NCBI GenBank assembly: GCA_001642005.1
Contig: LWCA01000157.1
Coordinates: 1-47,403 of the forward strand
DNA length: 47,403 bases
Direction of reading: 5' to 3'
Source: Intoshia linei
Taxonomy: Eukaryota; Animalia; Orthonectida
The position numbers and the translations under genes were made by a program. Below the pieces are notes generated by a model. That model had not been told where the DNA came from. It worked only from the letters and a program-made list of their open reading frames with translations, and did no database searches. Shown piece by piece: positions 26,274-37,012 of the stretch. Numbering within the stretch: the stretch's first letter is position 1; each line of letters opens with the position of its first letter.

Positions 26274-27430
26274 TTATTTTATACATTCACTAGTGTTTAT
26301 GATGTTAGATATATATTTGGCCACAACTTCAATAGCAACTAAAAAAATAAATTAATTGAAAAATTAAACAACATACTTTCATTATCTACACCTCGAGGTA
26401 TAATAACATCTGCGTATTTTTTAGTCTAAAAATAATAATATATTAAATTAATTATTACATACAGGTAAACAAAAACTTTCAAAAGATATTTTTATAAATT
26501 TTGTATAATGGTCAATGACATCAGCCATTTCTCGCTTCCGGTCATTCATATCTCTATAAACTAAACATAGTGTATAATTATATTATAATATCTTAGTTTA
26601 CTTATTCTAGACAGGCGAATATCTGATTCTGAATCAATAAATAATTTTACATCAAACAAATTTCTAATTTTTTCAAAGTAAAATGATAAAATTCCTTCGA
26701 AAATTATTACTTTGTTTGGCTTTATTATTTTTTCTTCGTTTCCTAAACTTAAGATTTTAAAATTATCCATATTTTTACTTACAATTCGAAATTTACAAAA
26801 TCGTACAATCGTATTTTAATCCTTTTTTTGTGTTTAAGATTGATCAAATCGGTAAACATTTTATCTTCATCAAAAGAGTCTAAAACAAAATAATGTATAA
26901 AACAAAACACAGTATAATCTAGTTTTGTAAATTCAACGATGATGTTTAAGTTTAATACATTGATTGGACTGTCAACTATTATAACTGCATATTTGTAATG
27001 CAAGTCCCAATTTTAGAGATTCTCAAAATTTTAGAGGAACGTTTTTGAAATATAAACGTTTTTGAAACTCAAATATAAACCATGATACTAAACTGTAAAT
27101 AAAAATTAAAAACGAAATAACCTGGATGGTCAAAGTTGTAATTTCCATTAATAGCTGCTTGTTTGCTTTCAGGAGTGAGTTCTTTGTAATAAGAGCTCAT
27201 TCCAATAATTGCAATGTCGTTTTTAGGTATACCATAAGAAATTAAATGAGATATAATTTTCTCGCTCACTACAGTCTGAAGAGTTAAATAAAACTAATGC
27301 AGATTACCTTTCCGGATGCCGGACCTCCGCTAATCCCCAATATTACTGAATTTATTTTTACAATTTCATCACGGACTTTTGGGGTCAATAATATGTCCGT
27401 TTGGCGAATATCAGAATTAGATAATTTCAT
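26274..27430 (-). CDS. Uridine-cytidine kinase family protein (divergent active site); 7 exons
   Basis: [13 protein letters not shown] (P-loop), [59 protein letters not shown] are UCK1/2 hallmarks. Confidence 0.92.
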
Positions 27431-28175
27431 CTGTCAATTTAATTGTTTATTCCTTTGCAATGTCAAACGATGCTTCAAAAATAAAGTTTATCCTAAAACT
27501 TTAGATTAAAAACGCAGTTAATGTGATAATGTGATTTTTTATTGAAATGAGGGTGTCGCTGTATATATCCAATGTTACATACTTCAATTTCTATTTAACA
27601 GATAATTCGTTATAGTTCAATATTATTGTATTCTTATTGTGATTAATAATCACTGATTATTTATATTTTGAAATGTTTGTGAGTTGTAGATAGCAATTTC
27701 AAATGTATTGTATTATCGTAACTACAATTATTAGAGTAAATAAATTAATTTTCAAAAAAATTACAATGGTGGTAGTTCTGCAACACGCTCGAATCACAAT
27801 TTTGTTTAATTGGAATAAGCTGTATCAATAATCTTTTTTTTTTAATTGTTGAATTCATTAATCTAAACATCTATTTTGGTGTCAAATGAAAAAATTAATT
27901 TCAAAGTGCTTTTTTGACCGTGAAGACCCCATTCTGTGAGATTAAAATTAATTGTATGTCTGAACTGGAGATAACTACGAGATGTATTTTTTGGGATTGT
28001 GATTTATAATAAAGCCTATGGTTTTAAAAATTATACCAGAATTTATGTTTTATAAAATTTTAGGACTTTTCTTTTTTAAAAAAGGGGTAATTTGTAGTTT
28101 TCACCATGAAGATGCAAGTTTCTGAAATTGAACTTGACGACACTATTAATGATTTTAAAAACTATCCTGAATTTA

Positions 28176-28818
28176 TCTTCACTTACATTTAATATGCAAC
28201 GCGATTTTTGTTTGTGTGTGTTCAGCTTTATTTAGATAACTATCCGTCTTAGACTTTTATAAATTCCACATTTCAATTACAATTTTTTCCGGGATTTTTC
28301 GCAAAATATATTTCAACCTTCCAAACTCACATCTTACGGGTTAAAAACCACAATTGTTCCTCTTTTTGAAAATATTACGAGTTAAGGAATTTAAAAAAAA
28401 TATACGCTGATACAAATTTTAAAATCATAAACATCATAAATTTAAATTTAAAAAATTTACAGGTGGTACAGTTGTATCCGGTTGACACACACAAAAAATT
28501 TCAATACGAATAAGTGATGACTTCACGGTCAAAAAAGCATTTTAGTATTCATATATTTTTTTCCGAAATATTTTATTAAAACAAAAAATGTGAAATAATT
28601 AACAGTCCGAAAATTAAAAAAAANCATATTTCCAATAGAGAAGACATATGGGTGAAAATCTATATAATTCATTCCTTCCAATTTTTTTCATTGCTACGCA
28701 ATTTAAATTTAAATCTACGCATTTTTAAGTTATATTTTCAACATTAATTTATTATTTTTTTTATAAAAATGTGCCCTCGGTAGAGCTGTTTGTACGTAGT
28801 ACATAACATTCAAGCTAG
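28176..28818 (+). mobile_element. Helitron family A copy with both termini (spans the N at 28624)
   Basis: A|TCTTCACTTACATTTAATATG..TTTGTTTGTGTGTGTT at the 5' end. Hairpin CTGTTTGTAC-GTA-GTACATAACA and CTAG|T at the 3' end. Inserted at an A|T site with no TSD. The two ends may come from different copies joined at the N. Confidence 0.75.
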
Positions 28819-29460
28819 TTCATTATAATGAATGTGAACAATTTGACTAAAATAATGAACTTTCATAATCATTACATCAGGGATCTTACGACAGTATCGA
28901 TACATCAAAAATGGTCTTTTCCGATGAATGCAGATTTTTTTCGATGGACGTGATAATCTTATGTCGTGGAATCCAATAAAAATCAGAAAAAGAGCATTTT
29001 CCGGTGGTTTTATCATGATTTGGGGATTAAATAATTTTCGAATAAAATCTCAAAATTAACACACCACATTTGATTTGGTTGCCATCACTGGTATAGTATA
29101 TCAGTAAATAATTATATATTCTGTTTTGCAAAATTTTTGAGACTTTCATATTTTCTCAAAAATTAAAACATGAAATATGTACGAATAAATTCGATTTATT
29201 TTTCTAAATTTTTTAATAATGACGGGTGACGTCGCGTGACTACAACGGGTCTTGCGAATATTTATTATCTATAAAAAATTAAAAAATTTATATGTTGATT
29301 TAAACAGGCTTATATTAATTTCAAAATTACTGGGAGGGGTATAGTACAGTTTAAGTCCGATTTAACGGAATTTTTGGAACTCAAAAATTTAAAAATTCCG
29401 CTAAAGAGGATTTTTTCTATTGAAAAGTATGAATGTACACAAAACACTATATGAACCATG

Positions 29461-29499
29461 GATGACTACATATGTAGTCATCTGTCACTAATGGGTTAA
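29461..29499. mobile_element. piggyBac-like terminus with perfect 22-bp palindrome
   Basis: GATGACTACATATGTAGTCATC (perfect palindrome) followed by TGTCACTAATGGG|TTAA. Related motifs occur at ~6270-6305 and ~45762-45780. Confidence 0.45.
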
Positions 29500-29696
29500 T
29501 AGCAAATAAGCCATCAAACGACATTTTTAACGGGATTATGAGGAGTACATTATAGTAGTGATATATTGATAAATTATAATGTCATTATTTACGATAAAAT
29601 CAACGGACATCCGATAAAATTAATCATTGTAAATTTAAATAGAATGATGTGACAAATTGTATATATAAAATATATTTAAAACTATCAAATGACATG

Positions 29697-30337
29697 TTAA
29701 ACTCTGTTATCTTTAAAAATCTTTAAAGAATCAGGATAAATATTCTCATCATTTTTCCCAACTTTTTCTGGATTTAAATTTATTGAATTGATATTTAAAC
29801 TAATACAATTGGGATTTGATATATTTGAAATTTGTGTAAATTGTCTAACATGCGATATTGGTAAAATTTTTAATATTTTTGAATTTTTAGAGTTTTTTGA
29901 TATTTTGACACGTGAATTTGATGAGTTTATTCTCTTTAAAGTAGTGTTTGCTTTTTTTATATTTTTGATGATAAAATTTTTATTTTTTAAACTTTTAATA
30001 TTTGAACCATTTATGCTTACTAATATGAATGATTATATTTAAAATAGTAAAAATTACAACTATTTGATTGTGTTTCTTTTCTAAAAAATGGGTATTATAG
30101 TAGAAAAATTATATGAAAACTAAACAATACCTTTTCTTATATTTTGCACCATTTTTAAAATTTGGGTCGAAATACGAAATTGATGGAATGCATCCATTGA
30201 TTTTTGATAACTAATATAAAATATATACATTAAAGTCTCGAAATTGAAAACGTCTATCAAAGTTAATATTGCACATTTCTTATTAAGTATTAACAGCTAA
30301 AATCAATTTCCCTTAGTATACCCACATTGAAGTTTTT
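29697..30337 (-). CDS. Unidentified spliced Lys/Asn/Ser-rich ORF
   Basis: Phase-compatible GT-AG exons 30210-30131, 30080-30061 and 30019-29697 give LSKINGCIPSISYFDPNFKNGAKYKKRKETQSNISINGSNIK..NDENIYPDSLKIFKDNRV*. Short upstream exons are possible. No family recognised. Confidence 0.35.
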
Positions 30338-30380
30338 ATACATTTGATATATTTTTTAACCCTTTCAGGAATGTTCAGAA

Positions 30381-31045
30381 ATATTTATGTGTGTTCCACT
30401 TTATTGAAATAAGTACCAGTTTTAGAATTTTATAAAGTGCACATTTCAATTACAGTTTAATTCGGGACATATAATAAGATAAACTACAACCTCCCAAACT
30501 CACATCTTACGCGTCAAAAACCCCAATTTTCCTTTTTTTTGAAAATCAAACGAGTTTGAGAAATTAAAAAAATATATACTCTGATATGGATTTTGAAATC
30601 ATAAACATTACATTCAATGTAAATTTAAAAAAATTATATCTTCAGTGCCAAAACCACAAATTACCCTTCTTTTTTTAATGAAAAAAGCCCTATAATTTCA
30701 AAAAATTTACAGGTTGTAGAGTTGTATTCCTGTTAACACAAACAGAAAATTTCAAATCGAATAAGTGACGACTTCACGGTCAAAAAAGCATTTTAGTATC
30801 CATATATTTTTTTTCCGAAATATTTTATTAAAACAAAAAATGTGAAATAATTAAAGGTCCGAAAATTAAAAAAAAAAATTATTCTGATAGAACTTATTCC
30901 AGTTGATATAAATATTCGAAAATTAAAAAAAAGAGATTATTCTGATAGACCTTATTCCAGTTGATATAAATACAAAAGTTAAACCTGAGAAATCTACGCA
31001 TTCTCGATAAAAAATAATTTTTAATATATGATAATATTTTTCTAA
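30381..31045 (+). mobile_element. Helitron family A copy
   Basis: Collinear with the other family A copies. Has a ~58-bp tandem duplication near 30860-30975. Confidence 0.75.
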
Positions 31046-31510
31046 AATCTAGGGCTGTTTTCATTTGAAAAAAAATAGTAATCTGTGGTTTTAATGGTGC
31101 AAATTATCTTATTAATGTTTTCATTTATAATAATGTTTATGATTTTACAAAATATTCCAGACTATATGTTTAAAAAAAATTTAGGACATGTTTCATTTTT
31201 AAAACACAGGATAATTTGGGTTTTGACCATGAAGGTATGCGTTATTGAGATTGAGATTAACGATAATGTTAATTATTTTAAAAAGCGTCCAAGAATACAT
31301 CTTTTATTAAATTTTTGGGTTGATTTTCTTTAAACATAAGGAAAATTGGGTTTTTTGTCCTGAAGGCCTCAAATACTGAAACTGAAAAATAGATAAAAAA
31401 ACGTCCTGGCAAAAACTATATTAGAAATTGGGTCTTTTAAATCATGCGACTGTCAATTTTTTCAATAAATGGTTACACACACAGACATTCATTTTTATAT
31501 AAGTAAAGGA
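31046..31510 (-). mobile_element. Related Helitron family B copy (5' end intact)
   Basis: The minus strand starts A|TCCTTTACTTATATAAAAATGAATGTCTGTGTGTGT. The body consists of diverged versions of the family A subrepeats. Similar copies lie at ~27880-28170, ~39020-39120 and ~41620-42080. Confidence 0.6.
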
Positions 31511-31600
31511 TTTACAAATTTTCAAAATAAACTTTGCATTATTGAAACTAATATTTGATAAAGTTCTGTTGTAATTATAATTGTTTGTGATTTTTATTAT

Positions 31601-31881
31601 ATGGTTTTGATGGTAAATTTTAGTGAAAAAATTTCACTAGAAGGACTCAAAATATTCAATAGTTTGTTTTCTATTTACAAACCTCCTTTCACAACTGTTA
31701 AATCTGTCAAAACTAGCATTCTTCATAATATTTGTGCAAGTTTAATTTAATTTCTTTTATTACACATTTTTAATAGATCAAAAGATATTACCGGCAAGAC
31801 CTATTCGAAACATTTTGTCAATTAATTCTAATAATGTAAAACATAGTCAAATTATTCAAGATTACTCTGATCATCCATTAG
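31601..31881 (+). CDS. TRUB2: Mitochondrial pseudouridine synthase TRUB2, first two exons (partial)
   Basis: FNSLFSIYKPP..(intron 31740-31776)..QDYSDHPL matches the TRUB2 N-terminal LxGLFAVYKPP and DYSDHPLV motifs. The gene cannot be followed past the N at 31994. Confidence 0.6.
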
Positions 31882-31994
31882 GTACATTATTACATGGTGC
31901 GACAAAATTAAATTTTTTTTAAGGTAATCGGATAATTTTAATTTATTATTGATCTACTCACTACTAGGAGTATAATGATATATAATAATACATN

Positions 31995-32270
31995 TTCATA
32001 TATTTTTTTCCAAAATATTTTATTAAAACAAAAAATGTGAAATAATTAACGGTCCGAAAATTAAAAAAAAGATTATTCTTATAGAGCTTATTGCAGTTAA
32101 TATAAATACAAAATTTCAACCCCAGAAATCTACGCATTCCCGATGAAAAATTAAAAATGTAAATATTGATCCTACAATTTCAAAAAAATTACGCATTGAA
32201 CATCTACACATTTTCAATAAAGAAATATGGTGAAAATCTATATAATTCATTCCTTCGAATTTTTTATAAA
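31995..32270 (+). mobile_element. Helitron family A, 3' part
   Basis: Matches the 3' half of the other copies and begins immediately after the N. Confidence 0.7.
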
Positions 32271-33407
32271 TTTGACAAAAAAAATTTGAGACCGAGCCAA
32301 CTTTCTAGTCATAGAACAAAAGCTTTTAATTTCAAATTGAAAATGTTACAAAAAATCTATCTATATTCATTAGTCTCTTAATGAATAATAATATTAATTT
32401 GTCGCAGGGATGATAGATAATAGATTTTTATTGATCTAATAAAATATAGATTCTACAATGTACATAGAACAATACCTGAAAAACATGTTCAATTTTGGGA
32501 ACATTGGCAGGATATATATTAAAGAGAATTTTTAGGTAAAATTTTGATACATGATATTACACCTGGGCATTATTTTTCATTCGTAGCCAAATTTTTTTGT
32601 TGTAATTAAAATACTAACTGATTGATCAAAATTTGAATCTAAATTGGCAGTTGATTGGTGTAGTAGTTTTCCAAATTATTAGAAATCAAGATGGTCAGTT
32701 ACCCATTTTTCGCAAATTTCATTTTTTAAAAAAACGCCTTATGGTTATACGTGATTACAAATTTAAAATCTGTGCAACATGTCGGGGTCGCATTAAATAG
32801 TGAGGTTTTTTGAAGAAAAATTAATCTAAACAACCGTTTTAATGAATCATAAAATAAAATAATTAACCCACGCTCAATAAATGACTACATTTTATCTTAA
32901 TGTCTGCATATTTTTATATTATACAAAAAAGTTCGTTTTGAGGATCATTTGTGTAACAGAAATACAAAGATTTAATCAATATACAATCAATGTACTTAGG
33001 TAGATCAAAATATAATTTTATAAAAAATTCTACATTATTTTTAAATTAGGAATCGTGTCGAAGGAGTTTATACGTGCTATTAATTTACAAACATTCGATA
33101 TTGACGTGCAAATGTCATAAAAAATCGATTTTCAAGGTTTAAATATCCCAATGTCAATCACTATTACTCATTACAAGATTCTGTTCTCAGGCTGGGACTC
33201 TCAGCACAATATATCAGTGATCTTCTTCTTTTCATATCTCGAAGAACACTTAAATGTTGAATACATAAAAACTAAAATTCTGGAGAATAACGCGGTGAAA
33301 ACTACATATATATAACGCGTTGCAACGTATTAAAAAAGATAAATAAATAATAAACACTAATCATGTTTGAATTGAGTTTTAATTTATGTACAAAATGATA
33401 TAGACAA

Positions 33408-35298
33408 TTAATGAATAGTAATCTTTATATTTTCATAAATATCATCAATTTCATTGAGAATGAATGAATTGGATGACTTACTTTCACTCTCACATTCTTC
33501 CATTAACTTTGTATTTAAAGGCAATCCACCCAAGAATGGTATATTTTTATCCTTACTTAGAGCCAATACACCGCCATGAGCAAACAAGTGAGTGCAATTC
33601 TAAAATAATTACATATTAGTGGTTTTGAAGCGAGGGTTCGCAAAATTTGGGTGAAAAATAAAATTAAGATTTGTAAATTGAAATATTTTTTGATTCCATT
33701 AATAAATTATTTATAATATAAAATAATACTCTTATAAGAGTAAATAAACTGTACTAGTAATTTTTTTGAAGTAAATAAGATAAATAGACACAGACTTTTT
33801 TCACTTTGTTAATTAAAACTGTTAGTTTACAATGTTAATAATGTAGAGTAAAGATTTTTTTGTGTGCCTCGCGTAATAATTTTTTCACATTTGGCCCAAA
33901 TTAAGTCTGACATCCCTGGCCTAGACCACTAATGCGTTTAGCAGAATATAAGTTAAGAAGTTTCAGCACATTTTCTTGTATTTTGTTCAGAAGCGATTAA
34001 TTGTTACGTGTACCGAGTTAGTGTGATACATTAAAAGGACTTTAAAGTCCACTCAAACAAAAGGTTGAGAAACACTGTTTTATGTTATATCATAAAATGT
34101 ACTACAATAAGTACAGGTAAATTTATATTAATGTAATGTAATATTAGATAAATTACATCGCAATTTGGGCATTTGTAGGAATTCATATTTTCAATCAAAC
34201 CTATAATTGGGCAATTAACTTTATGGCAAAAAGTAATTTGACGTATTATTTGAGAAATTGATGCCATCTAATGAATTTATTGAGAATAAATAAAGTACAA
34301 TTGTACAAAATTACCTGTGGTGTGCTAATTAAAATGGCTCCCTTTAAATTTTTCCTTGTAGCTAAATTGCTCATTATAGAAATATGTTCATCTGATGTTC
34401 CCGGTGGCTAAAAAATATGTACTGCTGTAAATTGAAATCTAACTGTATCAATTAGCAAAATATCCAAATCTCCCCATCTTGCATTATTAAGCAATTGAGA
34501 AATCATTGCTAAATGCTCATATACAAGTACTATATTCCATTAACCAGTTTTTTTTGGTCCTCTCCATATCACAGCATCATCTTTTGAGTTGACTCCAAAA
34601 GCCAATGATATTACTTTAATATTGTGAAATTTGTTGTCATCATTAAATTTATGTATAATTTCTGTTGGAATCAATTCACTAATTTAATATAATATATTAT
34701 ATTGAATAAATGTGAAAAAATTTGAGAACCAACTTTTTTTATAATTTTCAATAATTTGCAAAAAAATATAAAATCATTATCAAAAATATATACCCTTCGT
34801 CAGATTCAATAATTTCATTAGATTCACAACCCAATATTCGCGGTATACTAGGTCCACTAAATGTATCATTATTAATTTTTATCAATTATTACCACAAGTC
34901 AATATCCAAAACTCCAACCTAAAAATTTATTAATCAGTTAAAATTAATAATTAATTCTAAATTTATCAATTAGATAAAAATGCAATATTATCCTACAGTA
35001 AGGCAAAAATCAAATATTTTTCTTTCATATTCGAATTTAAGCTAATCAATGTTTTGTTCGGTTTAAGATAAACACTGGTACTCAATAATACATATTATAC
35101 CTTATAATAGCAACTTTGATATTTTAAAGCTAATTGACAAATAATTGTACTTTTTCCAACGCCTCCTTTTCCAGACATTATTAGGCAAATATTTTTGATA
35201 TTATCTAATTTTAAATACAATTTTAATTCTAGTAAAGCGTTTCCCAACAAGTCGGTCGCAAAATCTTTGTGGTGGATCACGAAATATTTTGTAGTCAT
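33408..35298 (-). CDS. NUBP2: Cytosolic Fe-S cluster assembly factor NUBP2/Cfd1; multi-exon
   Basis: MSGKGGVGKST, VGVLDIDLCGPSIPRILG, DDAVIWRGPKK, WGDLDILLIDTPPGTSDEH, STPQ, GLIENM..CPNCDNCT and PFLGGLPL. There is no N-terminal 4-Cys extension, so this is NUBP2 rather than NUBP1. Confidence 0.92.
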
Positions 35299-35643
35299 AT
35301 ATTGGTAAAATATTTTAAAAAAAAGTTAATATTGAAAAATTCATAGAAAATTGTAATTTGGATAAAATACAGTGCACTATCCAGTACCGAAAAATTTTTC
35401 AATCTTCGTATAAAATTAAATTTCAGCTATTCTGTACTGTATTCAGCATTAAATTTTGTAAATTTTTAATATATTTTTGTTAAAAAGAAATTATATTCTT
35501 GAATATCACTACTTTTTGTGTCAAATTTAAAATTTAAACTCAAGAATATTAGAGAGGTGGCTAAGGGTTATATGATACTCCGAATCGTTTGTGGAATTAT
35601 TTTTCATTTGTTGGTACCCTAGAGCTTGGTAGGTTCCGCTTTA

Positions 35644-35910
35644 TACTTTTATGTGTCTCTATGCGAAAAAGATTTGTAAATTTGATATACTAATAATAAA
35701 ATACATTTTTGAAAAAAATACATATTGTATGAGAATTGATTGGTTCAAAACAAAACAAGTAAAAATTCAGTTACTTTTAAAATGGACCCATCGATTTCCG
35801 GTTTTATTTTTTAAAGAAAATGTATTTTATTATTAGTATATCAAATTTACAAATCTTTTTCGCATAGAGACACATAAAAGTAACTGAATTTTTACTTGTT
35901 TTGTTTTGAA
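35644..35910. repeat. Perfect 66-bp inverted repeat with a second interleaved inverted repeat
   Basis: 35644-35709 is the exact reverse complement of 35817-35882. 35744-35779 is the reverse complement of 35875-35910. Confidence 0.9.
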
Positions 35911-35996
35911 TATATACCTATACCAACAGGTTCATCGTCTTTCGTCATCACTTTATTTTTGAAAAAATTCCAAAGTTATGCAATAATTCGTTATTN

Positions 35997-36330
35997 AAAA
36001 AATATATCCGCTGATGCGGATTTTAAAATCATAAACATTATCATAAATTTAAATTTAAAATTATTATATCTTCAAGGCCAAAACCACAAATTACCCTTTT
36101 TTTTTTAATGAAAACAACCCTAGAATTTCAAAAAATTTACAGGTTGTAGAGTTGTATCCTGTTAACACACATAAAAAATTTCAATCCGAATAAGTGACGA
36201 CTTCACGGTCAAAAAAGCATTTTAGTATTCATATATTTTTTTTCTGAAATATTTTATTAAAACAAAAAATGTGAAATAATTAACTATTCGAAAATTAAAA
36301 AAAAACGATTATTCTGATAGAGCTTATTCC
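35997..36330 (+). mobile_element. Helitron family A internal fragment
   Basis: Matches the other copies and begins immediately after the N at 35996. Confidence 0.72.
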
Positions 36331-36677
36331 TATTTCTTAATTTCTTAAATGCTTATTCTTAAATGTGGCAGGTATTAAAACTTCCATTTAACCACTTCCA
36401 TCTAAGATTTTCACTTTATATTAAAGTATTTACCATTGATAAAGTGCCGTTACATAAATGACGGATACATTGATTTCTGGTTCTTGTGTATTTTATAAGA
36501 TGTCATGTAATGTACCACCAATGCCGAACCTTTCATACTATGCTACGATCTTTTTTAAAAAAATTATCTTCTGGAATATCTTAACTACTTTGTGAGCAAA
36601 TTTAAAATATCTTGTCAAGAGCGTTAGCAAGATGGCTAGGGGTTATATAGCGTGTTAATATAGTGTTCGGCTCTTTG

Positions 36678-36940
36678 CAGGGCCGTGGACAGGGGTAGGG
36701 CCATATGGCCCGGGCCTACAATCATGAGGGCCTACTTTTTAAATTTATTAATAGGCAATGTTGAAATGTCTTAAGTATACCAAAATTTCGCTAAACTATG
36801 CGAATTCCTACGGTTATTATTAATATTTATATAATGAACGATCGATTAAGCAGTGCATAGAGTTCCTTTTCTAAAAAAAATTAATAGGGGCCTACAATTT
36901 TCATCTTGCCCGGGCCTACTGCAGGCTCTCCACGGCACTG
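36678..36940. mobile_element. hAT MITE inserted into the right TIR of a family-1 MITE (36519-36677)
   Basis: TIRs CAGGGCCGTGGA / TCCACGGCACTG, TSD GCTCTTTG/GCTCTGTG (7/8), subterminal GGGCCTAC repeats. Confidence 0.8.
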
Positions 36941-37012
36941 GCTCTGTGTACTACAAATGTAAATTAATTATTAGTAATGCCATATACATAATTTTTGTTT
37001 TTAAATATTTAG

